Shown here in pieces: positions 13,401-25,400 of a stretch of DNA of 64,000 nt. The DNA lies in the NCBI GenBank assembly GCA_030264375.1, contig JASCQW010000027.1, positions 55,355,351 through 55,419,350 on the forward strand, read 5' to 3'. The notes beneath the pieces were generated by a model. The model ran no database searches. It was not told the origin of the DNA and saw only the letters and a program-made list of their open reading frames with translations. This stretch comes from Carcharhinus longimanus (Eukaryota). The stretch's first letter is position 1; the number at the start of each line of letters is the position of its first letter. A program made the translations under genes and the position numbers.

Positions 13401-16400
13401 AAGGAGCGACATGTGCTGGAAGGAAAGAAAATGCATAACAGTGAGCTATCAGAAGGTGGAGGGGAGAGAGGCAGTGGGCAAATTGAAAATTGTGTGTGCT
13501 AATTTCAGTAGCAGTCTGAAATTTGTGGCCAAGCGTTTGCTTGATGGACTCAATGAAGCACCTCCAGGCATTCAGGCAGTACTTTTAAGAAAAACATCCA
13601 TTTGGTTGCTAAGTTTCCTAAGTCTTGTGAAGCCCAGCTATTCAATATTAAATGGCTACCAAAATCTGAGGAGGGTGCAGGGATTGATGGGGTGCGGGGG
13701 GTGGCGGAAGTTGAGGATTACATATTAATCTGCATTAATATGTACATGACAGACGGCATAGAAATGGGGCAGTAGAGTGGCTGCTGACAGCCACACATCC
13801 CCCCCACTTGCTGCTGATCCCTGTAGAACACATCTCTCCATCATCCCCGCACCATAATACCACCCCCACTCATCAACTCCAATGGGGGAGTGCTGTGTTG
13901 TTCTGTGGTGCCACCGAGTGCAAGAGCTGCTGGCCCCAATTAGTTGGCAGCTCCAAGTGAATGGGATGGCCATATCCTTTATAGGTTAGCCTTTATAGGT
14001 AGGGGTATAGAGTATAAAAGCTGCCGTCTAATGCTTCAGTTGTATAGAACGTTGGTTAGACCGNNNNNNNNNNNNNNNNNNNNNNNNNNNNNNNNNNNNN
14101 NNNNNNNNNNNNNNNNNNNNNNNNNNNNNNNNNNNNNNNNNNNNNNNNNNNNNNNNNNNNNNNGGTGTAGGGTGATGCGGCGGCGTGGGCTCGTTGGGCC
14201 GAAGGGCCTGTTTCCCGTGCTGGGTTGTTCTTTGTTCTATCCTGGAGTCCTGCATTGGGAATAAGGTGCACTGCAGTCCTCTTAAGAGCCTGATGAACAG
14301 AAGATACGGCAGACCTTTATCCTAAGAGTCAGTACAGGGTGTCTCACTGTATTTTCAGATAGCACATGAGACACCCATCAATAACAGAAGATTCTGCCCA
14401 ATATTTCTAAATTCTGATGAGGCAACAATGCCGCCATAAAGATAGCTGGGAGTTGTATGGGTGAGGCAGAAGAAACTACAGACCCAAAACTGGAACAGAT
14501 TCTTAAGTAACGCATAAGCTTCACTGATGTTGTCACATATGAGGTCAATGAACTTTGCCAGGATCTCTGTCAAGTGCTGCACATACTGCACATCAGCTGG
14601 TACATTGTCAGTCAAATGTTATGGCTCTGATTGAATAATTTATGTTTAAGTGCTGCAGGTGAAGATGAGAGAGAGAGTTCAATGGCAGTTTAACTCTATA
14701 AGAGGCTAAAGCAAATGCAGGTATTGCTTTGCATCTGCACATCACAGGTGGCACAAGTCCACAAAGCTTGCCCATCATCACTGCAGATTGCCATCCCATC
14801 AGCCTGAGTGCTTGCTCCTCAAATGAAGTCTGTTACCTTACGTCTGGGATCCCTGCCATAGAAGGGCTGCCTCTTTTTGACATTATGGGCAATTTCCTCC
14901 AGAAACAATATCAAGAGCATTAAGAAAAAGCAAGTTGCTAAAGAGAATCTTCCAGGTGGCAATGGTCAGCTGAAATACCTGGCAAAAGGATCCTGTAAAA
15001 TGAGAAGAATGAGGAGAATTCCAGGAGGTGATGAGCTCTTGAACCATGGCGAATTGAATTATTAAATCAATTACACTCCAAGCATCTAAAAATACTAACT
15101 ATAAAGGTTCTGTTATTTATTTCTGTGATTGCTAATACTTTCTGTCTCATGGTATTGTGAATGAAGCACTTCGAACAATGAGGCGATTCAGCAACAGCAA
15201 ATTGCACGCTGCAAAGCATTATGCCATGCCATGCTTTGAAGTAACATGAATAGATTTACGCCTGCAATTCATGAGAAAGAGTGTTTTTCCATCTTGCTTT
15301 TACTGTAAGTGAAATAATTGAGTGTAGGGTTCTCCCAATGGAGATGAAAAATGATTCCAAGAATGCGTTACTGGACTGCCCTTGACCACTCAACAGTGAT
15401 TAGATAAAGTCCACAGTTGGCAGAGATTTGGAGCGTGTCACCTGAAATCTTACTTAGCCTGAAAGTGTTATCCATCACTGATGAGTGAACTGGAGAAAAA
15501 GTTAAATTTGGAGGGGAGGCATTTTAACAAGAATAAACTATCATCTTCATTATTGAGTTATATATTTGCTAAAATATTGGAAATGTATTGTCATCTGTTA
15601 CTAATGTTGCCCAGGTCATTTCAATCCAAATGTGTTTTTTTTTTCCTTTCTTCTCTTGATATATATTGTAGGTACAGACTTTCTTTTGCCCAGAGCAGGA
15701 CTGCAAATTTCTACTTTGATGGTTCAGGCTACGCTTTTGTGCGTAACATACAAAGGAGAGGGAAGTTCAACATAGCAACTCGATTCAATCTGGACATTCG
15801 TACACCAGCTGATAATGCCCTTCTTTTACTGATGGTGAAAGGGGTAAGGATGACCAGCAGCAGTGAGGAATACTGTAAAAATGATGTTTATTTTAGTCCA
15901 GTAGACCAGAAAGAGAAACAACAGAGAAGCTGAATCAAATAGTGCTCTAGGGCCTAGAACTTCATATATCTTGAGTGTGTTTTGGGAATTTGTGCAGGAA
16001 GTGTCGTGGTTCCCCAAGACGACAACTTATTTAACCCGATTGAAACAGAGAGTCTGAGTTGTAATCCTCCAAGCANNNNNNNNNNNNNNNNNNNNNNNNN
16101 NNNNNNNNNNNNNNNNNNNNNNNNNNNNNNNNNNNNNNNNNNNNNNNNNNNNNNNNNNNNNNNNNNNNNNNNNNNACATTTCACTAATATCTATGATTCC
16201 GAATTCCATACCCAGCTCAGGTATAATATTTAATACAGATTTCTCTTACAGAAGTTATTGGGTTGCATGGAATTTTCCATCTAGTAAAATTGAACAATAG
16301 TAAATCCTGTGCCTGAATTGCCAATTTATGTTCTCAGCACCTGGATTTAAAATTCATAAAATCTGCCTTGAATAATTAAATATCTTGTGATTCATTTAAA

Positions 16401-19400
16401 TTCATTGTGCTATTGAACAATGTGAAAATTTTACACACTAATCCACCCCACCTCCACCATCTACCATTAATTTGTGCTTAGCAACCAGATTAATGTTGGC
16501 CTGTCAGCAGAATAAAAATGGAAATCTCAGAAAATACCCGCGGCACAAAATTCTGCTTGTGATTTTACCGTTGATCACTTCTGTGCCGATAATGAAGAAA
16601 TAACGAAACCACCCGTATATTAGTAAATATGTTATTCTCATTAGTAATGCACAACAAGCGCAAAAACATGCATTTATTCGAGACCTTTGACATCAGAAAA
16701 TGTCCCAAGATGCTAAGTCAAAGAGGGAAAGTGGAAAAGGGTCATCAGAAGCTTGGTAAAGACTACAGATTAAATTGTGACAACAAACATATTCTACCTT
16801 TCTCTTAAAATACAGTAAGACAACAAGGAGCTCTGACCAATACAAAATAGAGCTTGCGCAACCCTTTTAATATCTACTAGAGAAAAAAAAAATGCTACTT
16901 ATTTGAAGCAGTAATAGATCACAACTATATGAAAGGGCTTTGTAGAAGCAAATATATTAGCAATATCAGTACGCCATCAAAATTAGAAAAGTTTCCACCT
17001 GAAAAGTTACCATCAATTTCAAATAAGAAGTTTAGTTCCAGTGTGATTGTGGTAGCGTGGCCCCTTAACGGGGGCAATCTCCGAGGGCCACCTGATAACG
17101 ACGGGCCATATGGAGTATCAAGGCAGGAAGTTGTGCCAATTGGATGCAAGGGCGCGTGCCCCAGGTCTGAGAAGATCCTCAGTTGGAGCCTGGGAGGAGT
17201 GGAGAATAGTCACATATTTAGTTCTGTCAGACCCTTGTTTGTAAATAATTATTTAGCATTGGTAATAAACTCTTTTATACTTAGAGTCGCAATGAGTCAC
17301 CTTCAATCTATTACAGTGATATTTGTTGTTTTGGTTAATATCAGATGAATTTTTGTGTCTTGGAAATCTAAAGCATTTCTTACTCCCATGTTCACTGCTC
17401 CTTTTAAATGTATGGCAGCTCAGTCTGCATTTGTTGGTGCAAACGTGAGTTAATATGTGTTTATGATTCCATCATCCTTCACCTTTTAGTGGCTGACCTG
17501 CTGAATATTTCAAGCCTCGGCCAATTTATTCTCTTATTAGATTTCTGGAGTTTGTGGTTTTTATTATTAAACAGTTTGATGTCTATATTAAACATTTCTG
17601 AGTGCCACAGCATTTTTAATTAATGTGCAGTGGGATTTCAAGGCATGCTTGAAACATTTTCATCCTCTTGCTTTTAATTATGTTGAACATATTTTTCTAT
17701 TCTTTCCTCAGGATACCTTCTTCAGTATGGAAATGCAAAATGGTTATATTCGCTTAGTTTATGACTTCGGATTCAGCAAAGGTCCTGTTGTCCTGGAGGA
17801 TACAAATAAAAGAAAACGTATAAATGATGCAAAATATCATGAGGTAAATGATATAGGGCAGGAAATGACTTCTTTGAAAAATCCAGAAGTGCCTCAGGTC
17901 TAAAATATTTTAAATCAGTAAAATGAAAGTTTAGATTAACTGTTAATCATAGAATATTGTACTAAAATATATTTGTAAGGATGGCTTGCAATGAACATTT
18001 GAATAATTCAACTTGTGATATTACCATTGATCATTTCTATGTCTATAATGAAAGGACAACTTCGCCATTTGTATAAATATTAAATATAGCTGAGTAATTC
18101 TCATTATCAACCCGTACTGTCAGAGTGTTGTCACTTCTTGCTCTCCAAAATATCCGCATTCCTCTAATTCCGGCCTTTTGAATGTCTTCAATTGTAATCA
18201 TTCCACTACTGATAACCATGACTTCAGTTGCCAAAGCACCAAGCTCTGAAATTCTGCCCCTTTCTGCCCCTCTATCCCACTTTCCTCCTCTCTGACGCTC
18301 CTTTAAGCCTATGTTTGGTGAAGTTTTTTGGGCATCTCATCTCCTCATATGGCTTTGTTTTATAATGCCCCTAGCTATGAAGCACCTTGGTGCAAGTTAG
18401 TAGGTTAAGACACTATGGAGATGTAAGTTACTGCTGTTGGTGATTTCAAGTATTGATGAAACAATAAGTTCACTTCTTGGGTGTCACCAAAAGTTTTGCA
18501 AGCCATTCAGTAATGAGGAAATATGGGGCAGAGTATGCCGAGCCTTCCCATTGGTGGGAACTTCCAATCCTGCTGAAGTAGACCCCTGGTGCAGGTTCTC
18601 CGGTGGTGGGGCCAGTGAGTCATGCAAACAACCATTGACTTTAATGGCATTGGAATATTCCAGTGGTGGCCAATGGTGAGCCACCTCCGACTTGGGAGGA
18701 CCCACCATAGGGATGTGGAGAACTCCGACCATGGGCTCCTTTCCAAAACTGAAAAGAAGGTTAGGAGACAAATTTATTCACATAATCCTGCTTCAATCAG
18801 CAGGACACAGATCAGATCAACTTCTTTGGAGCAGGCAACATTTGTGTGACTAATTGCAAAATCCGTGTGCATACAATGCTCTTCAATGATATGAGATATT
18901 ATGCAAACAAACTTTTACCCTTCTGTGTTCTGTACCACATTTCAAGTTTCCTTTTAAATGTGTTCACTACTCTGAAAGTTGCCCATTGCTATGTGTGCAT
19001 TTTAAATCGTTTAGGGGGAATTTTCCCGTCCCGCCCACCACGGGAATCGTAGCAGGCAGGGAGCGGACCTTGCAAAGGTTCATTGAACTCGGGCAGGATT
19101 CTTCAGTTTCGGGGCACGTGCGGCCAGAAAATTCCTCTGTTTCTGAGGAAGTCTATTGAACTAAGTTTGTATTTTCCTTCAGGTCGCATTCATTTACCAT
19201 AATAGTAAGAAGATGATCTTGCTGATTGACAGAATCAATGTAAAAAGCACTGAAAATGAAAAGAAGAATATGTATTTCACTGATGTCTATGTTGGTGGAG
19301 CTCCTGTTCAGGTCTTATCAAGGTGGGTTAATATATAACATAAAATTGACTTTTTTATCGACACAAAATATCACGGGGATATGACTTCTTTGAAAAATCA

Positions 19401-22400
19401 AGCAATGCCTCAGATCTAAAATGCTTATACAAGTAAAATGAAAATTTAGAATAACTATTAGTCATAGAATATTGTACTATTGGGCGATGCGGTGGCATCG
19501 TGCTTAACAATTCTGCCTCACAGCGCCAGGGACCTGGGTTTGATTTCCAGCTTGGATCATTGTGTGGAATTTGCACATTCTCTCCTGCGTGGGTTTCCTC
19601 CGGGTACTCTGGTTTCCTCCCACAGTCTAAAAGACACCTGGTTAGGTACATTGGCCATGTTAAATTCTCCCTTTACCTGAACAGGTGCCAGAGTGTGGTG
19701 ACTAGGGCATTTTCACAGTAACTTCATTGCAGTATTAATGTAAGCCTACTTGTGACACTAATAAATAAATTTAAACTTAAAATGTATTTGTAAGGATGAC
19801 ATGCAATGAACATTTGAATAATTCAGCTAGTGATGTTATCATTGATCACTTCTGTGCCAATAATGAAAGGACAATGTCTGCTTGTCGTTCATGCAATAAC
19901 CTTAAAATTAATGAATTTGCTTTATCCTGGCCCTTCATAAATAAAAAAAATCATACAAATAAGCCAACTAATTCAGTTATTTTAATGTTTACCCTTTTGT
20001 TCTTCTCCCTCATAGTTGTGTCTTGAAGTCCAAAATTGAAACTGTCAATACAGGCATTAAAAATGTTATCAAAGCCTAAACCATCAGGGTAGCCTAACCA
20101 TACTTGCAAAAAAATGGACATTTATCATCATGCTGTACATAAGCTAAGCAGAAATTTTTAGATCAAACATTCCATAGCATGACTGACTCTGGGCAGGAAA
20201 GTGAGAAGCCAGAAGCTCAAAGAAGGGAGGAGAAAGGGAGATAGAAGTCAGGAGGCTGATAATCAGGGGTCTGTATGTAGCCAACTGCTCCTCTAGTCTG
20301 AGATGTGATAAATTTGATGGAAAATCAGTCCCCAGATGCTGCTTCTGAAGGAAATGAGAGATAGTAGATATTATATGGAGCACTTTAATAATATCTGATA
20401 CAAGTGGAAGAACCAGCAAGCACAGAAAAAAACAAATATGTGATAATGTGGAGATATTGGGATAAAGCAAAGGCTCATATTTTCTGGAATATGACCTGTG
20501 CCACAAATTAAGTTAGGCAGACAGAAAATAGTTTGGCAGCTGAACATGTGGTTGGCAGACAGCTGTAAGAAGAAGGTTTTCAGGTCAGTGGCATTTTTTA
20601 GATGGTGCCTGGTTGGCTTGCGCAATCACCATTGTTAGGACTGCTGAGCAGGTGCATGTGCCGTACCAGAGGAATACACTATCTGAAACAAGCTGCCAAT
20701 AATTTCCTGACAGCCAGAATTGATAGAGCTGTGAATTTTAATTAATAATTTTAGTGGAACGTAATGACATTAAAAATATATTGGAAGGTGTTATAAATAA
20801 TTATAATGAACAGGAAAAGCTGTTTTAAAATAGCAAGCTCAAAGAAAGTTGTTATGGTGAGACAAACCTTAACAACGAGGCTAAAAAAAAACATCAGGGA
20901 AGAATAAGATGAAGGTATAAGGAAAAATGGCTCTGAAAAATATGAATAGGTCCATAAGAACATAAGAATACAACAAATAGGAGCAGGAGTAGGCCATCTA
21001 GCCCTTCGAGCCTGCCCCGCCATTCAATAAGATCATGGCTGATCTGAAGTGNNNNNNNNNNNNNNNNNNNNNNNNNNNNNNNNNNNNNNNNNNNNNNNNN
21101 NNNNNNNNNNNNNNNNNNNNNNNNNNNNNNNNNNNNNNNNNNNNNNNNNNNATGCTGCAGCTTTTCGCCCTGTAAGTAGTAGTCCTTCCTACCATTATTC
21201 CTACCAAAGTGGATAACCTCACACTTGCTTTGGAAGCATTGAAGAATAAACAAAACTAAGGAATTAGGATAAGATGTAACTTTGATAAAACTTCATCTCA
21301 TTAATAAGGAAGGACTGGGATCAAATGTTCCTTTTTGTACAACACTCGCAGTTGTAAGAGCAAATTTGTTTATTAGTGGTGGTATTCAGATAGTGTCCAT
21401 CTGGACTTTGTTGAGAAGTAACAACAACATATTTTATCTGGCAACTTTAACTTAATAAAGTGCCCCAAGGTGCTTCACAGGAACATTGTAAAATGAAATA
21501 GAAAACCTAATTATGCAAAAGGTTTTTAAGTCAGATGACCAAAGATTTTTTTTTCCAAAAGGTAGGTTTAATGGAGTATTTTACCGGAGCAAAGTGGAGC
21601 AGAGAGGTGTAGCAAGAGCATATCAGAGCTTAGGACATAGACAACTGCAGGTGTGGCCAACAAAGCTGGAGCAATTAAACCTGCAAACACTCAAGAGGCC
21701 AAAATTAGAAGGGCGCAGTTGTCTTGGAGGATTCTGGGGCAAAAAAAATTACAAAATTAGAGAGGGACTTTTAAACTACTTCACCAGTGAAAACTGATTT
21801 TGTATTTTTATCTTTTGAACCAAGATAATTTCTCATTACTATACTGATTTCTTCCTTTGTTAACAGAGCTACCCCATTCCTTTTTTCTTTCATCTGTCCA
21901 TACAAAATGTCAAATACCCTTGAAAATTTAAGTTCCAGCCATGGTCACTTTGCAACCGTGGGTGGGAGTTTCCACCATCTGCTGTGTATTTTGCAGAGGA
22001 AGGGGCAACCCGCCATTGATGGGCATTCAGGTCTTCTGATCCTGTCACTGCCAGCAGGTTTCCCTCCACTGCCAGGGAATCCCCGACAGGGGCTCACTGT
22101 CAGTGGCCCTGCAAGATACCACAGGTGGGAATAGCCGTAAAGTTTTGGTCCATGCCTATGTAATGTCTATCATTTCATATTTCTTTATTTCTATTTGTGC
22201 TTTCAATTCATCTATCTTGTTACGAATGTTACAAGCATTCAGATAAAGACCTTTTCAATTCTGTCTTTTAACCTTTCTTCCCAAGTCTGACCTTATTTGC
22301 TGATGCACTCTTCCTGTCACATCCTGGTTATCAGTATCTGCATCAGTACTTTGTACTTTTGCCTTGTCCTCCCCCTTTAACTTTCTGAATCTCTGCACAT

Positions 22401-25400
22401 GAACTCTTTCCCTGATTATTTAGTCTAACTAGATCATAATCTAAGTGCATAACATCAATCCCCTCTTTGCTTTGGATTCGATATTGTTTCCTGCTTGTGT
22501 TCTCCTATTTGCTTCTCTACTCTTTCCATATGTTGATTTGAAATATTTTAGAAAGACAAGACTTTACATAATTTGTGAAAGATCCATTAGTTTACAAACA
22601 ACTAGTGAATGTAAAAAGTATATAAAGCTAAGGTCAAAATTCATTAATTGCAATAAACTTTAAATCCCTATTTTTGAATAAGGAAATCAGAAATCTTAAC
22701 ACATAATTTAATGTGAATGGCTAACTTAACTTCTGTTTGTTAACCTCTGATTCTAATTGACTCCGAACATGAGATAAGTTTTCTCTCACTAGGGTGTTCT
22801 CTGACTTAACTGCTTCCATGACCTTGACAATGGACTTTTCTCTTTTCACTGTTACTTCCCAGAAGAAGTTGGAAGTCTGTCCTTCTAAGTGAGACACCTT
22901 TCACCAGTATACCTGTCAGTAAAACTCAATGCCCCCCCCAACAAGAATGTTACCCGAAAGACCCCCCCCCCCAACAAGAATGTTTAACAAACATCCCATG
23001 TTAAGTCCAAGTGGGGTCATAACAATGATAATCTGTATTGCTGGTGGATGTTTATAGGGAGACAGAGACAATATAACAAATGAACTGTGCTAGCCTCAAG
23101 AGAGCATAAAACCTACTCCTGCTCCCACATCCCATCCTGTCATTCTGAAAGCACTTTATTAATGCCTGACTCATTAGTGCCAAATCTCCACTTTGTCTCA
23201 AAGGCTGTAGCACATGGCTGTGAGGAGAATTCTAACCTTATGCTAATCCACTGCATTTTAAAATACATCACATGACAGATACTCATAAATTACTGTGACA
23301 GAATTCATTATGTACTGCAGGATTTGAGCACAAATATTTCACTGATAATGAATTAAAGTGTTGTTTATTTAATGGTTTGCATTTGCTGTTAAATTAGGGT
23401 TCCCAAAATATTTGTTATCATAGTCAAACATTAAAAAGTAATGAATTTGTAATCTTAACTTCAGTGTCTGTTTTTCTGTGTAGTCTGAAATCATACATAG
23501 CTGTGGATGCTGGATTTCGGGGTTGTCTCAGGAGTTTCCAGTTCCAAAGAAGAGACTTCAATATTCTTGAGGAAGATGAGACATTCGGAATCAGCAGCGG
23601 TTGTCCAGAGGAATCACTTGTAAGTGAATTCCTGTATACTGATGGGGCTTGGGGCACTATTGGATTTGTGTTTCTGAATATAACTGACGTATTAAAACTT
23701 ACAACAAGATTCCACTAGATAGAAAATTAGCATATTTCAAAAGTAATTTGACTTTTTTGTAAATTTCCTTTCATCGCAAGAGCCAAATAATAATGGAAAC
23801 TCAACTAAGTTTTATCCATTTGCCGCAACTCTGTACAATTCCCATATGGTAAGCTTTTGACTTCCAATAAATCAAGCTTGGTATTTCTGGGAGAAAGGAA
23901 ACAGGAGCTTAGTTTTAACAAGGCTGCATTTGGAGTTGCCACAACTGCAGAGGGTGCATTTCCTTGTACCTCACTATTCAGCAGTATATTCTATATGATT
24001 TATTTGGTTTGTGGTACTATAGTTAATTAACCCCTTGCAAATTGATCAAAAACGCCTTTCCATTTATTCTGGATGCTAGAATTTCCCCATTTCCTAATAG
24101 TAATCCTCTTCTTTTACAAATGAAGAGAAGTGGAAAAGCAACAATACAGAATCCCACTTCCAATAACAAGCAGTCCAATTAGACTATGAATGGAAGCATT
24201 GAAATACATTTTACAGCAGTTCTGTTGTGGGTCACAGATGAGGGGTCCCAGGCCATAGCTGACTAAAGAAAAAACGTTTGGTCAATGATTGGTTGGATAG
24301 CTGAAAGTGTTACTCTTTGTAACAAGTGTTGCTTTTGGACACAGTTGGTTCTTCTAAGGAAATATATCAATATTCAACTTCCTGTTCACAGATGTCACGC
24401 ATGGCATATTTCAACGGGGACAGCTTCATCTCTTCCAGCGAAAAGATCACACCATTTTCAAACTTTGAAGGAGGCTTCAATTTTAGGACATTGCAATCCA
24501 ATGGTCTGCTTTTCTTTTACAGTGAAGGTGTGAGTATCCGAGAGGAATCTGAGAGGGGAAATCAAAGTCAAAATGCTCCCCATATTTTAGATTTTAGATA
24601 TTTTTATATTTTTGCTTTTAGTGAAAGTTTAATTATTTTTAACTGAATAGAAAACCTTCAATCAAGGTTCCCTTCCTACTGTTTTTGTTGAGGATTGTCC
24701 TTTTGCATTCTCAATTAAACAGGGGATATTAATTACAGGGCACTAGATGCTTGAATATAGCTTGTGTGAACTGTGTTTCATCAACTATTTTGGTTATGTT
24801 AACATGTACACCACCAGCTCCATATCGGGATACATTTAAGCTATGGTATGAATGTAGTAATCTCTCTTTGTCAAAGCCATTAAAGAGAAATATAGACCAT
24901 AAAACAATGAACCGGCATTTCTTCAACATTATGGTTAAGATAATGCAGTTAGCAACAAGTAAATATTAAACTGTAATTACATGTAGAATATGTATTAATA
25001 ACTGACAGAATTAACATCTGATATTGCAAAGGCACTTAAAGAATATTTCAGTAACTGAGCACCACTAACTCTTCTATTTTTGTAAAATGTGTTCAATTAA
25101 CTGACAAANNNNNNNNNNNNNNNNNNNNNNNNNNNNNNNNNNNNNNNNNNNNNNNNNNNNNNNNNNNNNNNNNNNNNNNNNNNNNNNNNNNNNNNNNNNN
25201 NNNNNNNNTTAACTGACAAAATCAATATTTGAAGTTACCGCAGCAACAACTGGGCTATATCCATTACAAGTTGATAAGATGTGAGACAATAGTGTGATGG
25301 CACAATTTTAAGATAATTACAGTAAGAATTAAGGGGGAGATTTTAAGCCCAGTGAAAGGAGAACTTCGTTCTACATCACATCATCAATTCCCCAATTAAA

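Noticed and set aside
14290-15100. Possible decayed DNA-transposon coding sequence (also 32291-32950)
   Set aside because: Composition is suggestive, but no diagnostic transposase motif could be read.
16929-17348. 139-aa plus-strand ORF
   Set aside because: Crosses a probable solo LTR; no homology recognised and it does not fit the lama4 reading path.
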